Below, piece by piece: positions 53,558 through 62,298 of a stretch of 64,000 nucleotides of DNA. The stretch is taken from positions 241,675 through 305,674 of the forward strand of contig CAWGEJ010000011.1 of NCBI GenBank assembly GCA_963821575.1, read 5' to 3'. The position numbers and the translations under genes were made by a program. Numbering within the stretch: the stretch's first letter is position 1; each line of letters starts with the position of its first letter. The notes under the pieces were generated by a model that saw only the letters and a list, made by a program, of their open reading frames with translations, made no database searches and had not been told where the DNA came from. The DNA comes from an uncultured Thermoleophilia bacterium. Lineage in GTDB: Bacteria > Actinomycetota > Thermoleophilia > Gaiellales > Gaiellaceae.

Positions 53558-53763
53558 TAAGATCGCACGGGCGGGGGGTCGCACCGCGCGCCGCCTCCGA
53601 CCATACAACGAACTCTCCGCTCGTAGCGGAAGACCCGCCCGAAAACCTGGCCGCACGGGCCGGGCACTGTCGTCTAGTACTCCAGGTCGGCGTTGGAGGC
53701 GAGGCGCGGCCGCCCGTAAAGGGGAGTGCGGACGGTCGGCGCCCCTCAACGCCGGGCCCGGTT

Positions 53764-54075
53764 CTAGTCGTTGTCCAACTCCACCCGCACGTCGTGGCCG
53801 CGTGCCCGCTCCGCCGCCTCCCAGGCCCGCAGGCGGAGGAACAGCTCGAGCCGCATGGCGTCGGCCCTGTACGAGCCGAGAAGGTTGACCCGGATCCCGA
53901 CCGGGTCGACGAGCTCGGCGGCCAGGTCGTCCTGGTCGCCGAGGTACGCGAGCAAGAGCTCGGCCGCCTGCCGGCTATTGAGTCGAAGGGTGGTCACCGC
54001 CGCATCCAGCGGATGTGCTGGCCATGCCTCAGGGTGGCGCACCCAGCGGCTCGGGGCAATCGCTCGTTCGGGCAT
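53764..54075 (-). CDS. hypothetical protein, last gene of the histidine-kinase operon
   Basis: 103-aa ORF starting 26 nt downstream of the kinase stop. No family recognised. Confidence 0.45.
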   Translation of the reverse strand: MPERAIAPSRWVRHPEAWPAHPLDAAVTTLRLNSRQAAELLLAYLGDQDDLAAELVDPVGIRVNLLGSYRADAMRLELFLRLRAWEAAERARGHDVRVELDND

Positions 54076-54101
54076 ATCGAGCCCGGTTTTACTAGAGCTT
54101 C

Positions 54102-55631
54102 TTAGGCCGAGACGCCGTGGCGGTCGGGGGTCTCTCGTGCCTCGACGACGCCGAGCGGAAGCCGGAGCACGAAGGTGGAGCCGGCGCCGGGCTTCGATTC
54201 GACCCGAAGAGCGCCCTTGTGCGACGAGGCGATGTCCTGCGCGACGGCGAGGCCGAGACCGGTGCCGGGGACGGTGGAGGCCGCATCCGAAGCTCGGTAG
54301 AACTTCTCGAAGACGTGCGGGACATCCTCCGGGCTGATGCCGATTCCGTCGTCCGAGACGGTGATCACCGCGTCCTGCCCGTCGGAGCGCACCGAGACCC
54401 GGACCTCGCCCTCGGGAGGCGAATACTTGATCGCGTTCGAGAGCAGGTTGCCGACGACCTGCGAGAGCCGGTCGCGGTCGCCGTCGATGACGAGCGGCTG
54501 GCCCGGCACGTCGAGCACGAGCTGATGGCTCGCGGGCTCGAGGAAGAAGAGCTGGGTCTGCTCGCGGACGAGCTCGACGAGATCGAAGGGCCGCCGCACG
54601 AGGGTCAGGTCGCCGCCGGCCAGGAGCTGCACGTCGAGGAAGTCGCCGGCGAGCGAAGCGAGCCGGCGGGCCTGGGAGTCGATGATCTGCAGGTAGCGAC
54701 GCCGCTCGTCGGGCGGGAAGTCTCGCTCGAGCAGCAGCGCCGTGAAACCGAGCACGGCTGCGAGCGGCGTGCGCAGCTCATGTGAGACCATGCTGATCAG
54801 GTCGCGCTTGTGCTGCTCGCCCTCACGGAGCTGCTCGTTCTGGGCGATCAGCTGATGCCGCCCCAGCTCGAGTGAGCGCGTCATCGAGTTGAAGGCGGTG
54901 ACGAGCGCACTCACCTCCGCCGTTCCCTCCGGCTCGAGCCGCACGGTGAGATCGCCCCCCGCGACGTCCGCGGCTGCTTCCGCGACGCGGCGGACAGGTC
55001 GTGCAACGCCGCTCGCGACCCAGGCACCGAACAACAGCACGAGCGCCGAAGAGATGACGATCGCGGCGATCCCGACGCCGACCGCCACGTTCGCGACGTT
55101 CCGGGCATGCGTCGAAGCCTGGCGAGCCCGGAGATTCTCGGCCGTGAGCAGTTCGTCCAGAGTGCCGTTGATCTCACCGATGCGCCGCTTCGCCTCGCTG
55201 CCGGCCGCCTGGCCGGTCGCGACGGCGTGTGCGATCTGTGCGATCACGATCACGTTGTCCGCGTAGTCGATCAGGTAGCCGTGCAGCTCATTCGCAACGC
55301 GCTGTGCGCGCACGCGCTGGGGCGGATCGTTCTTGACGAGGCTGAGGAGATGCCCGACGTCGCTCGGCACCTTTGCCCGATTCGCGTGAAAGATGCCGAC
55401 GAAGCGCGGGTTGTTCGAGAGCACGTAGCCGCGCAGGGCCGACTCGAGATCGGCGGAGAGCGTCCTCACCTGCAGTGCGGCGACGGTGACGTCGCTCGAC
55501 CGTGATTCGCGCGCCTCCGCGTTCCGCAGTGACAGGATGGCGAACAGTGCGGCGACGAAGAGGATCCCGACGAGGGCCGCGATCCCCGCCGCCAGGAGAC
55601 CCACGCGCTGCACGAGCGAGAGGCGCCTCAT
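54102..55631 (-). CDS. sensor histidine kinase (CHASE3-HAMP-HisKA-HATPase)
   Basis: Internal ATG gives MRRLSLVQRVGLLAAGIAAL... CHASE3-like LESALRGYVLSNNPRF; HAMP; H-box SHELRTPL; N-box NLLSNAIKYS; DDGIGI; GTGLGLA. Confidence 0.85.
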   Translation of the reverse strand: MRRLSLVQRVGLLAAGIAALVGILFVAALFAILSLRNAEARESRSSDVTVAALQVRTLSADLESALRGYVLSNNPRFVGIFHANRAKVPSDVGHLLSLVKNDPPQRVRAQRVANELHGYLIDYADNVIVIAQIAHAVATGQAAGSEAKRRIGEINGTLDELLTAENLRARQASTHARNVANVAVGVGIAAIVISSALVLLFGAWVASGVARPVRRVAEAAADVAGGDLTVRLEPEGTAEVSALVTAFNSMTRSLELGRHQLIAQNEQLREGEQHKRDLISMVSHELRTPLAAVLGFTALLLERDFPPDERRRYLQIIDSQARRLASLAGDFLDVQLLAGGDLTLVRRPFDLVELVREQTQLFFLEPASHQLVLDVPGQPLVIDGDRDRLSQVVGNLLSNAIKYSPPEGEVRVSVRSDGQDAVITVSDDGIGISPEDVPHVFEKFYRASDAASTVPGTGLGLAVAQDIASSHKGALRVESKPGAGSTFVLRLPLGVVEARETPDRHGVSA

Positions 55632-56020
55632 CCGTTGCGCCCCACGAGCTCTTCGGCGATCGACAACACGTCCTCGACGCGAAACGGCTTCGCGAGGAAG
55701 CCGTCGGCACCGTTCTCGAGCGCGAGAGCGACATCCTCCGGCGCTTGCCACGCCGAGACGACCACCACCCCGACTCCGTCGAGAGCCGGATCGGCTCGAA
55801 TCTCGCGCAGGACCTCGATTCCGTCGACGCCCGGCAGCATCACGTCGAGGAACACGAGATCCGCTTGCGACTCCCGCAGGTGGCTGAGCGCCGTCTCTCC
55901 GTCCGAGGCCTCGTCGCAGCGAAACGTGTCGCCGAGTGTCACGACGATCAACTCCCGCAGCGGCGCCTCGTCGTCCACGACGAGCACGCGCGGACGATCG
56001 TCAACGAGCCCCGAGGTCAC
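55628..56020 (-). CDS. single-domain (CheY-like) response regulator
   Basis: 130 aa from GTG: RVLVVDDEAP...LVFLDVMLPGVDG...GFLAKPF. There is no output domain. ATGA/GTGA overlaps on both sides. Confidence 0.85.
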   Translation of the reverse strand: MTSGLVDDRPRVLVVDDEAPLRELIVVTLGDTFRCDEASDGETALSHLRESQADLVFLDVMLPGVDGIEVLREIRADPALDGVGVVVVSAWQAPEDVALALENGADGFLAKPFRVEDVLSIAEELVGRNG

Positions 56021-56481
56021 CCGACCAGCCGGAAGAGGAGCACCTCGTGCCGCGGCCGGAGATGCGTCGCTGTGACCGTGAGCGTGCCGCGCGCATTGTC
56101 GTAGAGGCCGGTGCCGCCGACGACCGGGATCTGGTAGAGGAGCCGCGACTGGAGGGCGCCGGTTGCGACGAGCGTCCCCTTTGGGAGGACATAGGTCGAG
56201 ACACACGACCGGCTTCGCGTGTCGACGAACGTGCACGTGATCATCGCGCGCCCGATCGGCTTGCGCGAGATGCTCGGGTTGTAGAGGAGCTGAGTGATCG
56301 CCTCGACCGAGCCTGCATCGCCGCCGCTCGCCGGGTGCACGAGCCGGTAGGTCGCCTGGACGTCGGTGATGCGGATCTGGGCCGGCCCGGTGGCGCCGGC
56401 CGCACGGAGCGTCACGGCCGAGGCGACAACTGCGCACACGAGCACCGTCAGCGTCACCGCCCGCCGCCTGGCTCGAATCAT
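56017..56481 (-). CDS. secreted protein, possibly dirigent/AOC-barrel-like
   Basis: Internal ATG gives MIRARRRAVTLTVLVCAVVASAVTLRAAGA (signal peptide). The motif VVGGTGLYDNARGTLTV is reminiscent of dirigent-like barrels. Confidence 0.5.
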   Translation of the reverse strand: MIRARRRAVTLTVLVCAVVASAVTLRAAGATGPAQIRITDVQATYRLVHPASGGDAGSVEAITQLLYNPSISRKPIGRAMITCTFVDTRSRSCVSTYVLPKGTLVATGALQSRLLYQIPVVGGTGLYDNARGTLTVTATHLRPRHEVLLFRLVG

Positions 56482-56622
56482 GAATACCCCTTTCGTCGCA
56501 GCGACCAGTGTCGCATAGGCACCTGTCGGTCGAGGAGACACAGGCTGGGATCCGCAAATACCCGGATTCGCGGCCCTTCAACCACGGGCGACACTGACAA
56601 CGCACCCGAAAGGAGGTGAGCC

Positions 56623-57045
56623 ATGGCCACGCTCGAGAAGTGGGCTCCGCTCCCCGACCTCGACATCGTCGAGCGCCGCATGCGTCGTTTCTTCGAGGAG
56701 CTCGGTGTCACTCCTGCCGTGACCCCGGCCGCCGACGTCTACGACACCGGCGGTGAGCTCGTCGTCGAGCTCGATGTGCCGGGCTTCGACGACAAGGACA
56801 TCACCGTCACCGTCGTCGATCACACGCTGACGGTCAGCGGCAAGCGCGACAGCGATACGGCGGTCAAGGAGAAGGATCTCCGCGTGCGCGAGCGGCTCGA
56901 GGCGCATTTCGAACGGCGCTTCCGGCTTCCCACCGAGACGGACTCGGACCACGTGACCGCGGAGTACGCCAAGGGCGTTCTCACCCTGCACGTGCCGAAG
57001 CTCGCCGCGGCCAAACCGCGGACCGTGAAGATCCTCAAGAAGTGA
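56623..57045 (+). CDS. Hsp20/alpha-crystallin family small heat-shock protein
   Basis: AAGGAGG-N6-ATG; 140 aa: PAADVYDTGGELVVELDVPGFDDKDITV...RFRLP...A.YAKGVLTLHVPK. Confidence 0.85.
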   Translation: MATLEKWAPLPDLDIVERRMRRFFEELGVTPAVTPAADVYDTGGELVVELDVPGFDDKDITVTVVDHTLTVSGKRDSDTAVKEKDLRVRERLEAHFERRFRLPTETDSDHVTAEYAKGVLTLHVPKLAAAKPRTVKILKK

Positions 57046-57119
57046 GGCCAGTCGACCGGAACATCGCGCGGCCGCCGCGCTACGCAGCGGCCGCGCGAAC
57101 AACTCGAGAAAGGATGGTC

Positions 57120-57368
57120 ATGACGAAGGCGACGACCCCAGGCCCGCTCGTAGGCGATCGCGTCGAGATCGACGGGCATCGAGTAGGCGACGCCCCGCGC
57201 GCCGGTGAGATCGTCGAGGTGCTCGGCACCGAGTCGCACCAGCACTTTCGCGTCCGCTGGGACGACCGGCACGAGACCCTCCTCTACCCGGGCACCGACG
57301 TCCACATCATTCGTCGCCGTGCCGCGCCGGCCGCCCGCAAGCCGCGCCGTCCGGCGCGCAGCGCCTGA
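57120..57368 (+). CDS. DUF1918 domain-containing protein
   Basis: MTKATTPGPLVGDRVEIDGHRVGDAPRAGEIVEVLG...FRVRWDDRHETLLYPGTD. The ATG at 57114 is an alternative start. Confidence 0.7.
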   Translation: MTKATTPGPLVGDRVEIDGHRVGDAPRAGEIVEVLGTESHQHFRVRWDDRHETLLYPGTDVHIIRRRAAPAARKPRRPARSA

Positions 57369-57388
57369 GTCCTAGGAAAAGCGAGCGG

Positions 57389-57799
57389 CTACGCCGCGGA
57401 GTGCACCCTCGCATCGATTCGCTCGGTGAACTCCGCGCCGCTTTCGATCGCCCGGCGAACCGGGCAGGCCGCAGCGACCGCGTCGAGACGCGCGAGCTGT
57501 AGCGCCGTCAGCTCGGCCTCGATCCGGACGGTGATCTCGAATCGCCTCGGCGTGGAACGGTGGTCGTAGACGACATCGACCGAGACGTCGCCGAGGTCCC
57601 ACTCCTTGGTGCGGGCGTACATGACGAGCTGCGTCGAGATGCAGGCGGCGAGTGCCGCCGGCAGCAGCTCGTGCGGCGAAGGGCCGCTCCCCTCACCACC
57701 GAGAGCCTCCGGCTCGTCGGTGGTGAGGTGATGGCGGCCGTCGATCTCGATGTCGTGTCGCAGCGAGCCCGAGATCGAATGCGCACTCGCGGTCAGCAT
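57389..57799 (-). CDS. osmC: OsmC family peroxiredoxin-like protein
   Basis: 136 aa from the internal ATG: PSPHELLPAALAACISTQ...AAACPVRRAI. The start lies 1 nt after the ppdK stop. Confidence 0.75.
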   Translation of the reverse strand: MLTASAHSISGSLRHDIEIDGRHHLTTDEPEALGGEGSGPSPHELLPAALAACISTQLVMYARTKEWDLGDVSVDVVYDHRSTPRRFEITVRIEAELTALQLARLDAVAAACPVRRAIESGAEFTERIDARVHSAA

Positions 57800-57800
57800 C

Positions 57801-60383
57801 TCAGCCTCCCGAAGGCACGTAGCTCGACGTGGCAGAGAGCACCGCCTGCGCAGCCGCGAGCCGCGCCACGGGCACCCGGAAGGGCGAGCAGGAGACATAG
57901 TCGAGCCCGATGCTCTCGCAGAAGGCGATCGACGCAGGGTCTCCCCCGTGCTCGCCGCAGATCCCGATCTCGATCGTCGGCCGTACTGCCCGGCCACGTT
58001 CGACGGCCATGCGTACGAGCTCGCCGACTCCCTCCACGTCGATCGTCTGGAACGGATCGTGCGGGAGCAGTCCGTGCTGGAGGTAGAAGGTCAGGAACCG
58101 CCCCTGTGCGTCGTCGCGTGAGACGCCGAGCGTCGTCTGCGTGAGGTCGTTCGTCCCGAAGGAGAAGAAGTCCGCATGCGCGGCCAACTCGCCGGCCTGC
58201 AACGCTGCGCGAGGCAGCTCGATCATCGTCCCGACGAGGTAGTCGAGGCCGCCTTCCTCGGCGGCCGTTCGCGCCGTCAGCTCGACGAGGCGTTCGAGCT
58301 CGGACGCGAACGCAACCAGCGGATGCATGATCTCGACCCTTGGGAGGACACCTGTCCTCCGCTCGACGGCCTGCGCCGCGCGAACGATCGCCTTGATCTG
58401 CATCTCGTAGATCTCCGGCCGCTCGATCCCGAGGCGGCAGCCACGGGTGCCGAGCATGGGGTTCGCCTCGCGCAGCGACTCGATCCGCTCGCGAATCCGA
58501 ATGTCCTCGACCTCGGAGGGGTCGGGCAGGAACTCGTGCAGCGGCGGGTCGAGCAGGCGAATCGTCACCGGCAGCCCGGCCATCGCCTCGAAGATGCCTT
58601 CGAAGTCCGACTGCTGCATCGGCAGGAGCCGCTCCAGCGCCGCGGCGCGCTCCTCGACGGTCGACGCGAGAATCATCTGGCGGACGATCGGGAGCCGGTC
58701 TGCAGCCATGAACATGTGCTCGGTCCGGCAGAGGCCGATGCCCTCGGCCCCGTGCTTGCGGGACCGCTCTGCGTCGAGCGGCGTGTCGGCGTTCGCGTAG
58801 ACACGCATGCGACGCACGTCGTCGGCCCAGTCGAGGATCGTCGCGAGGTTCGCGTCGGGCTCCGGCTCGACGAGCGGTGCGAGGCCGAGGATCACGCGGC
58901 CGGTGGAGCCGTCGATCGTCAACGGATCGCCCTCCTTGATCACGGCGTCGCCGATTCTGGCGGTGCGCTCCTCGAGGTCGATGTCGAGCGCGCCACAGCC
59001 GGCGACGCACGGCTTGCCAAGGCCGCGTGCGACGACCGCCGCGTGGGAGGTCATCCCGCCGCGTGCGGTCAGAATGCCCTGTGCCGGCAGGAGGCCGTGG
59101 ATGTCGTCTGCCGTCGTCTCGGGCCGGACGAGGATGATCGCCTCGCCGTCCGCGCTCCGCGCGGCGGCGGTGTCGGCGTCGAAGACCGCGAGCCCGCAGG
59201 CTGCGCCGGGCGAGGCGCACAGGCCGACGGCGGCGACGGTGAGCTCGGCGCGGGGATCGATCGTCGGATGCAGGAGCTGCTCGAGCTGCGCGGCGTCGAT
59301 CCGCTGCACGGCGTCGTCGCGGGTGAGCAGACCTTCGCCCACCATGTCGACCGCCGCGCGGAGGGCGGCCGTGGCGGTGCGCTTGCCGCTGCGTGTCTGC
59401 AGAAGGTAGAAGCGACCGCTCTCGACGGTGAACTCGATGTCCTGAACGTCGTGGTAGTGCCGTTCGAGCTCCGCGACCGCGGTCACGAGCTGCGCGTGAG
59501 CCTCGGGCAGCACGGCCCGCATCTCCGCGACGGGCTGAGGGGTGCGGGTGCCCGCGACGATGTCCTCGCCCTGGGCCTCCGAGAGGAACTCGCCGTAGAG
59601 GCCCGGCTCGCCCGTCGCCGGATCGCGACTGAAGCAGACGCCGGTCGCCGACTGCGAGTCACGGTTGCCGAACACCATCTGCACGACGTTGGCCGCGGTG
59701 CCGGCGTCCTCGGAGATGCCGGCCGTCTTCCGGTACACCTGCGCGCGCGGGGCGTTCCAGGAGTCGAACACCGCCGCGACCGCTGCCAGGAGCTGCTCCT
59801 TCGGGTCCTGCGGAAAGTCGGTGCCGGTCGCGAGCACGTAGATGCCGCGGAAGGTGTCGACGAGCTCGTAGAGGTCGTCGTGGGAGTCCGAGACGACCTC
59901 GCGGTTCTCGAATGCGTCCAGCTCCTTGGCGAAGAGCGCCGAGTCGATGCCGGCGACGACCTCGCCGTACATCTGAATCAGGCGCCGGTAGTCGTCGAGC
60001 AGGAAATGCACTTCCTCGGCGGGCGCCTGCCTGATCACGGCGTCGCTCATCCCGAGGTTCAGGATCGTCTCCATCATGCCCGGCATCGACACGGGGCCGC
60101 CGGAGCGGACGGACACGAGCAGCGGATCCACAGGATCGCCGAAGCGCTTGCCGGTGCGCTCCTCGAGCCGAGCGAGATGCTCCTCGATCTCCGCGCGCAG
60201 GTCGGCCGGAAGCGGGCCATGGTCGGCGAGATAGTGACGGCACGCCTCGGTCGTGATCGTGAAGCCGTGCGGGACCGGCAGATCGAGCGCAGTCATCTCG
60301 GCGAGGCCTAGGCCCTTGCCGCCGAGCACCTCACGGCCGCCCTCGCAGTATTCGTCGAAGTCGTAGACCAGTTTGACAGTCAT
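57801..60383 (-). CDS. ppdK: pyruvate, phosphate dikinase
   Basis: GGAGGTG-N6-ATG gives MTVKLVYDFDE...GGKGLGLAEM. Phosphohistidine region GGMTSHAAVVARG; PEP-utilising C-terminal TIM barrel (GLCRTEHMF, FFSFGTNDLTQ). Confidence 0.9.
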   Translation of the reverse strand: MTVKLVYDFDEYCEGGREVLGGKGLGLAEMTALDLPVPHGFTITTEACRHYLADHGPLPADLRAEIEEHLARLEERTGKRFGDPVDPLLVSVRSGGPVSMPGMMETILNLGMSDAVIRQAPAEEVHFLLDDYRRLIQMYGEVVAGIDSALFAKELDAFENREVVSDSHDDLYELVDTFRGIYVLATGTDFPQDPKEQLLAAVAAVFDSWNAPRAQVYRKTAGISEDAGTAANVVQMVFGNRDSQSATGVCFSRDPATGEPGLYGEFLSEAQGEDIVAGTRTPQPVAEMRAVLPEAHAQLVTAVAELERHYHDVQDIEFTVESGRFYLLQTRSGKRTATAALRAAVDMVGEGLLTRDDAVQRIDAAQLEQLLHPTIDPRAELTVAAVGLCASPGAACGLAVFDADTAAARSADGEAIILVRPETTADDIHGLLPAQGILTARGGMTSHAAVVARGLGKPCVAGCGALDIDLEERTARIGDAVIKEGDPLTIDGSTGRVILGLAPLVEPEPDANLATILDWADDVRRMRVYANADTPLDAERSRKHGAEGIGLCRTEHMFMAADRLPIVRQMILASTVEERAAALERLLPMQQSDFEGIFEAMAGLPVTIRLLDPPLHEFLPDPSEVEDIRIRERIESLREANPMLGTRGCRLGIERPEIYEMQIKAIVRAAQAVERRTGVLPRVEIMHPLVAFASELERLVELTARTAAEEGGLDYLVGTMIELPRAALQAGELAAHADFFSFGTNDLTQTTLGVSRDDAQGRFLTFYLQHGLLPHDPFQTIDVEGVGELVRMAVERGRAVRPTIEIGICGEHGGDPASIAFCESIGLDYVSCSPFRVPVARLAAAQAVLSATSSYVPSGG

Positions 60384-60546
60384 GCTGCGCACCTCCGGAA
60401 AAGTTCGTCCCAGCCGGCCTCGACGGGCAGGATGACCATCGGCTCGACAGCGACACTCATTGCTTCGAGTCTCGGTTCGGCTCCGAAAACGAGCATCGGC
60501 GCGATCCCCGATCGGGTCGCGGAATTCCCGCAGGGCGATTCACAGA

Positions 60547-60588
60547 GGTAAAGAAGACGACGAGGCGGCCGCGCCGGCGGCCGCCTCG
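60547..60588 (-). terminator. rho-independent terminator of gap
   Basis: Perfect 12-bp stem CGAGGCGGCCGC-GCCG-GCGGCCGCCTCG, 18 nt after the gap stop, followed on the minus strand by TCGTCTTCTTTACC. Confidence 0.7.
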
Positions 60589-60606
60589 AAGTTGGCTCGC
60601 TCTTCG

Positions 60607-61629
60607 TCAGACCGTGTGGGCGACGGGCACGAGCACCCGCTGCGCGAGCTCGGCGAGCCGCGTCGAGTACCCCCACTCGTTGTCGTACCAGGAGACGACC
60701 TTGACCTGGGTCCCGCCTGCGACGAGCGTCAACCCGGAGTCGAAGACCGACGAGAAGCGCGACTTGATCACGTCCGACGAGACAAGAGGCTCCTCGCTGT
60801 ACTCGAGGATCCCGTAGAGCTCGTCGGTGCCTGCGGCCGCCGCGAACAGGGAGTTGACCTCCTCGACGGTGGTCGGCCGCTCGACGTCGACGGTGAGATC
60901 GACGAGCGAGCCCGTGAGCACCGGGACGCGAGTTGCGAAGCCCTGGAGCTTCCCGGCCAGCTCGGGGATCACGAGACCGATCGCGGTCGCCGCCCCGGTC
61001 GAGGTCGGAACGATGTTCGCAGCCGCTGCGCGGGCGCGACGCAGGTCCTTGTGCGGCAGATCGACGAGGCGCTGATCGCCGGTGTACGCGTGGATCGTCG
61101 TCATGACGCCGTGACGGATCCCGAGCCCCTCGTGGAGCACCTTCGCCACCGGCGCGAGGCAGTTGGTCGTGCACGACGCGTTCGACACGATGCTGTGTGC
61201 CTCGGGGTCGTACGTGTCGAAGTTGACGCCCAGGACGAGGGTCGCATCGACGTTCTTGCCCGGCGCGGAGAGGATGACCTTCTCGGCGCCCGCGGCGATG
61301 TGCGCGGCGGCATCGTCGCGCGACCGGAACTTGCCCGTGCACTCGAGCACGACCTCGGCCGACACGTCGCGCCATGGGATCGCCTGCGGAGCGGTCTCGG
61401 CGAACACCGGAATGCGGGTGCCGTCGACGACGAGCGCATCCTCTTCGACACCGACGATCCCCGGGAAGGGGCCGTACAGCGTGTCATGGCGCAGCAGATG
61501 GGCGAGCGTCGCGACGTCGGCGACGTCGTTGATCCCCGCCCACTCGATCTGGGCGCCGCTCTCGTAGGCCGAGCGGAACGCACAGCGTCCGACACGGCCG
61601 AATCCGTTGATCCCCACACGAACGGTCAT
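60607..61629 (-). CDS. gap: type I glyceraldehyde-3-phosphate dehydrogenase
   Basis: Internal ATG gives MTVRVGINGFGRVGR...; active site SNASCTTNCLAP; WYDNEWGYS. Confidence 0.9.
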   Translation of the reverse strand: MTVRVGINGFGRVGRCAFRSAYESGAQIEWAGINDVADVATLAHLLRHDTLYGPFPGIVGVEEDALVVDGTRIPVFAETAPQAIPWRDVSAEVVLECTGKFRSRDDAAAHIAAGAEKVILSAPGKNVDATLVLGVNFDTYDPEAHSIVSNASCTTNCLAPVAKVLHEGLGIRHGVMTTIHAYTGDQRLVDLPHKDLRRARAAAANIVPTSTGAATAIGLVIPELAGKLQGFATRVPVLTGSLVDLTVDVERPTTVEEVNSLFAAAAGTDELYGILEYSEEPLVSSDVIKSRFSSVFDSGLTLVAGGTQVKVVSWYDNEWGYSTRLAELAQRVLVPVAHTV

Positions 61630-61786
61630 TTGCTTCTCTCCTTCGATCTCTGTCGGTTCCAGACTGCACGCCGCACGACGGCGACGCACCGGGGTTTTTC
61701 CGCAGCAGGCTCCGGGGGTTCGCCGATTGCCCGGCCCTCGGCAGGGCGCATGATCGAGGGAACCTCAGGGAGAAGGAGGCGCCCGT

Positions 61787-62248
61787 ATGTTCGAAACCGT
61801 GCTCTGGGCGACCGATGCGTCGCCGCTCGCCGACGGAGCGCTCGTGGAGGCTCTTCGCCTCCTGCAGCCGGGCGGCCGCCTGATCGCGTTTCACTGTGAC
61901 GAGCGGTTCCTCGGTGGACGCGCCGCAGGCTTGCCGGTGCTGGTCGACGAGATCGACCGGCGGGAGAAGCTCCGGAAGCAGGTCGAGCAGCTGAAGGCCG
62001 ACGGCTTCGACGCCGAGCTCGTGGTCGAGGCGATCCACCGCAACATCGCGGGGGAGATCGCCAAGGCGGCGGAGCTCCACGGCGCAGACGCGATCGTCTG
62101 CGGCACCCGCGGCTTCGGCCTCGTGGCGGGGGCCGTCGCGGGCAGCGTCGCGATGCGCCTGCCGCACCTGGCTTCCTGTCCCGTGGTCGTCGTCTCGGAG
62201 CGGGCCGCCGAGCGGGCGACCGACCGGGCGACGCTCGTGCCTCGGTAG
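61787..62248 (+). CDS. universal stress protein
   Basis: GAAGGAGG-N7-ATG; 153 aa: ADAIVCGTRGFGLVAGAVAGSVAMRLPHLASCPVVVV. Confidence 0.8.
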   Translation: MFETVLWATDASPLADGALVEALRLLQPGGRLIAFHCDERFLGGRAAGLPVLVDEIDRREKLRKQVEQLKADGFDAELVVEAIHRNIAGEIAKAAELHGADAIVCGTRGFGLVAGAVAGSVAMRLPHLASCPVVVVSERAAERATDRATLVPR

Positions 62249-62298
62249 GCAACCTGGTGGGCGCCGCCGGCCGGCGGCGGCGCCTACTCTTCGCCCCG

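Noticed and set aside
53400-53760. A possible RNase P RNA, tmRNA, SRP RNA, 6C RNA or cobalamin riboswitch in the structured gene-free tract.
   Set aside because: I found none of the diagnostic conserved strings on either strand: GAGGAAAGUCCGG, a tRNA-like 3' end with a tag ORF, the GGAAGCAGCC SRP motif, the B12 box, or paired C-rich loops.
56542-56622. The imperfect inverted repeat CCGCAAAT-N6-ATTCGCGG upstream of hsp20 read as a heat-shock operator (HAIR/CIRCE).
   Set aside because: It does not match HAIR (CTTGAGT-N7-ACTCAAG) or CIRCE consensus sequences. With only a 7/8 match in the arms it is too weak to call.
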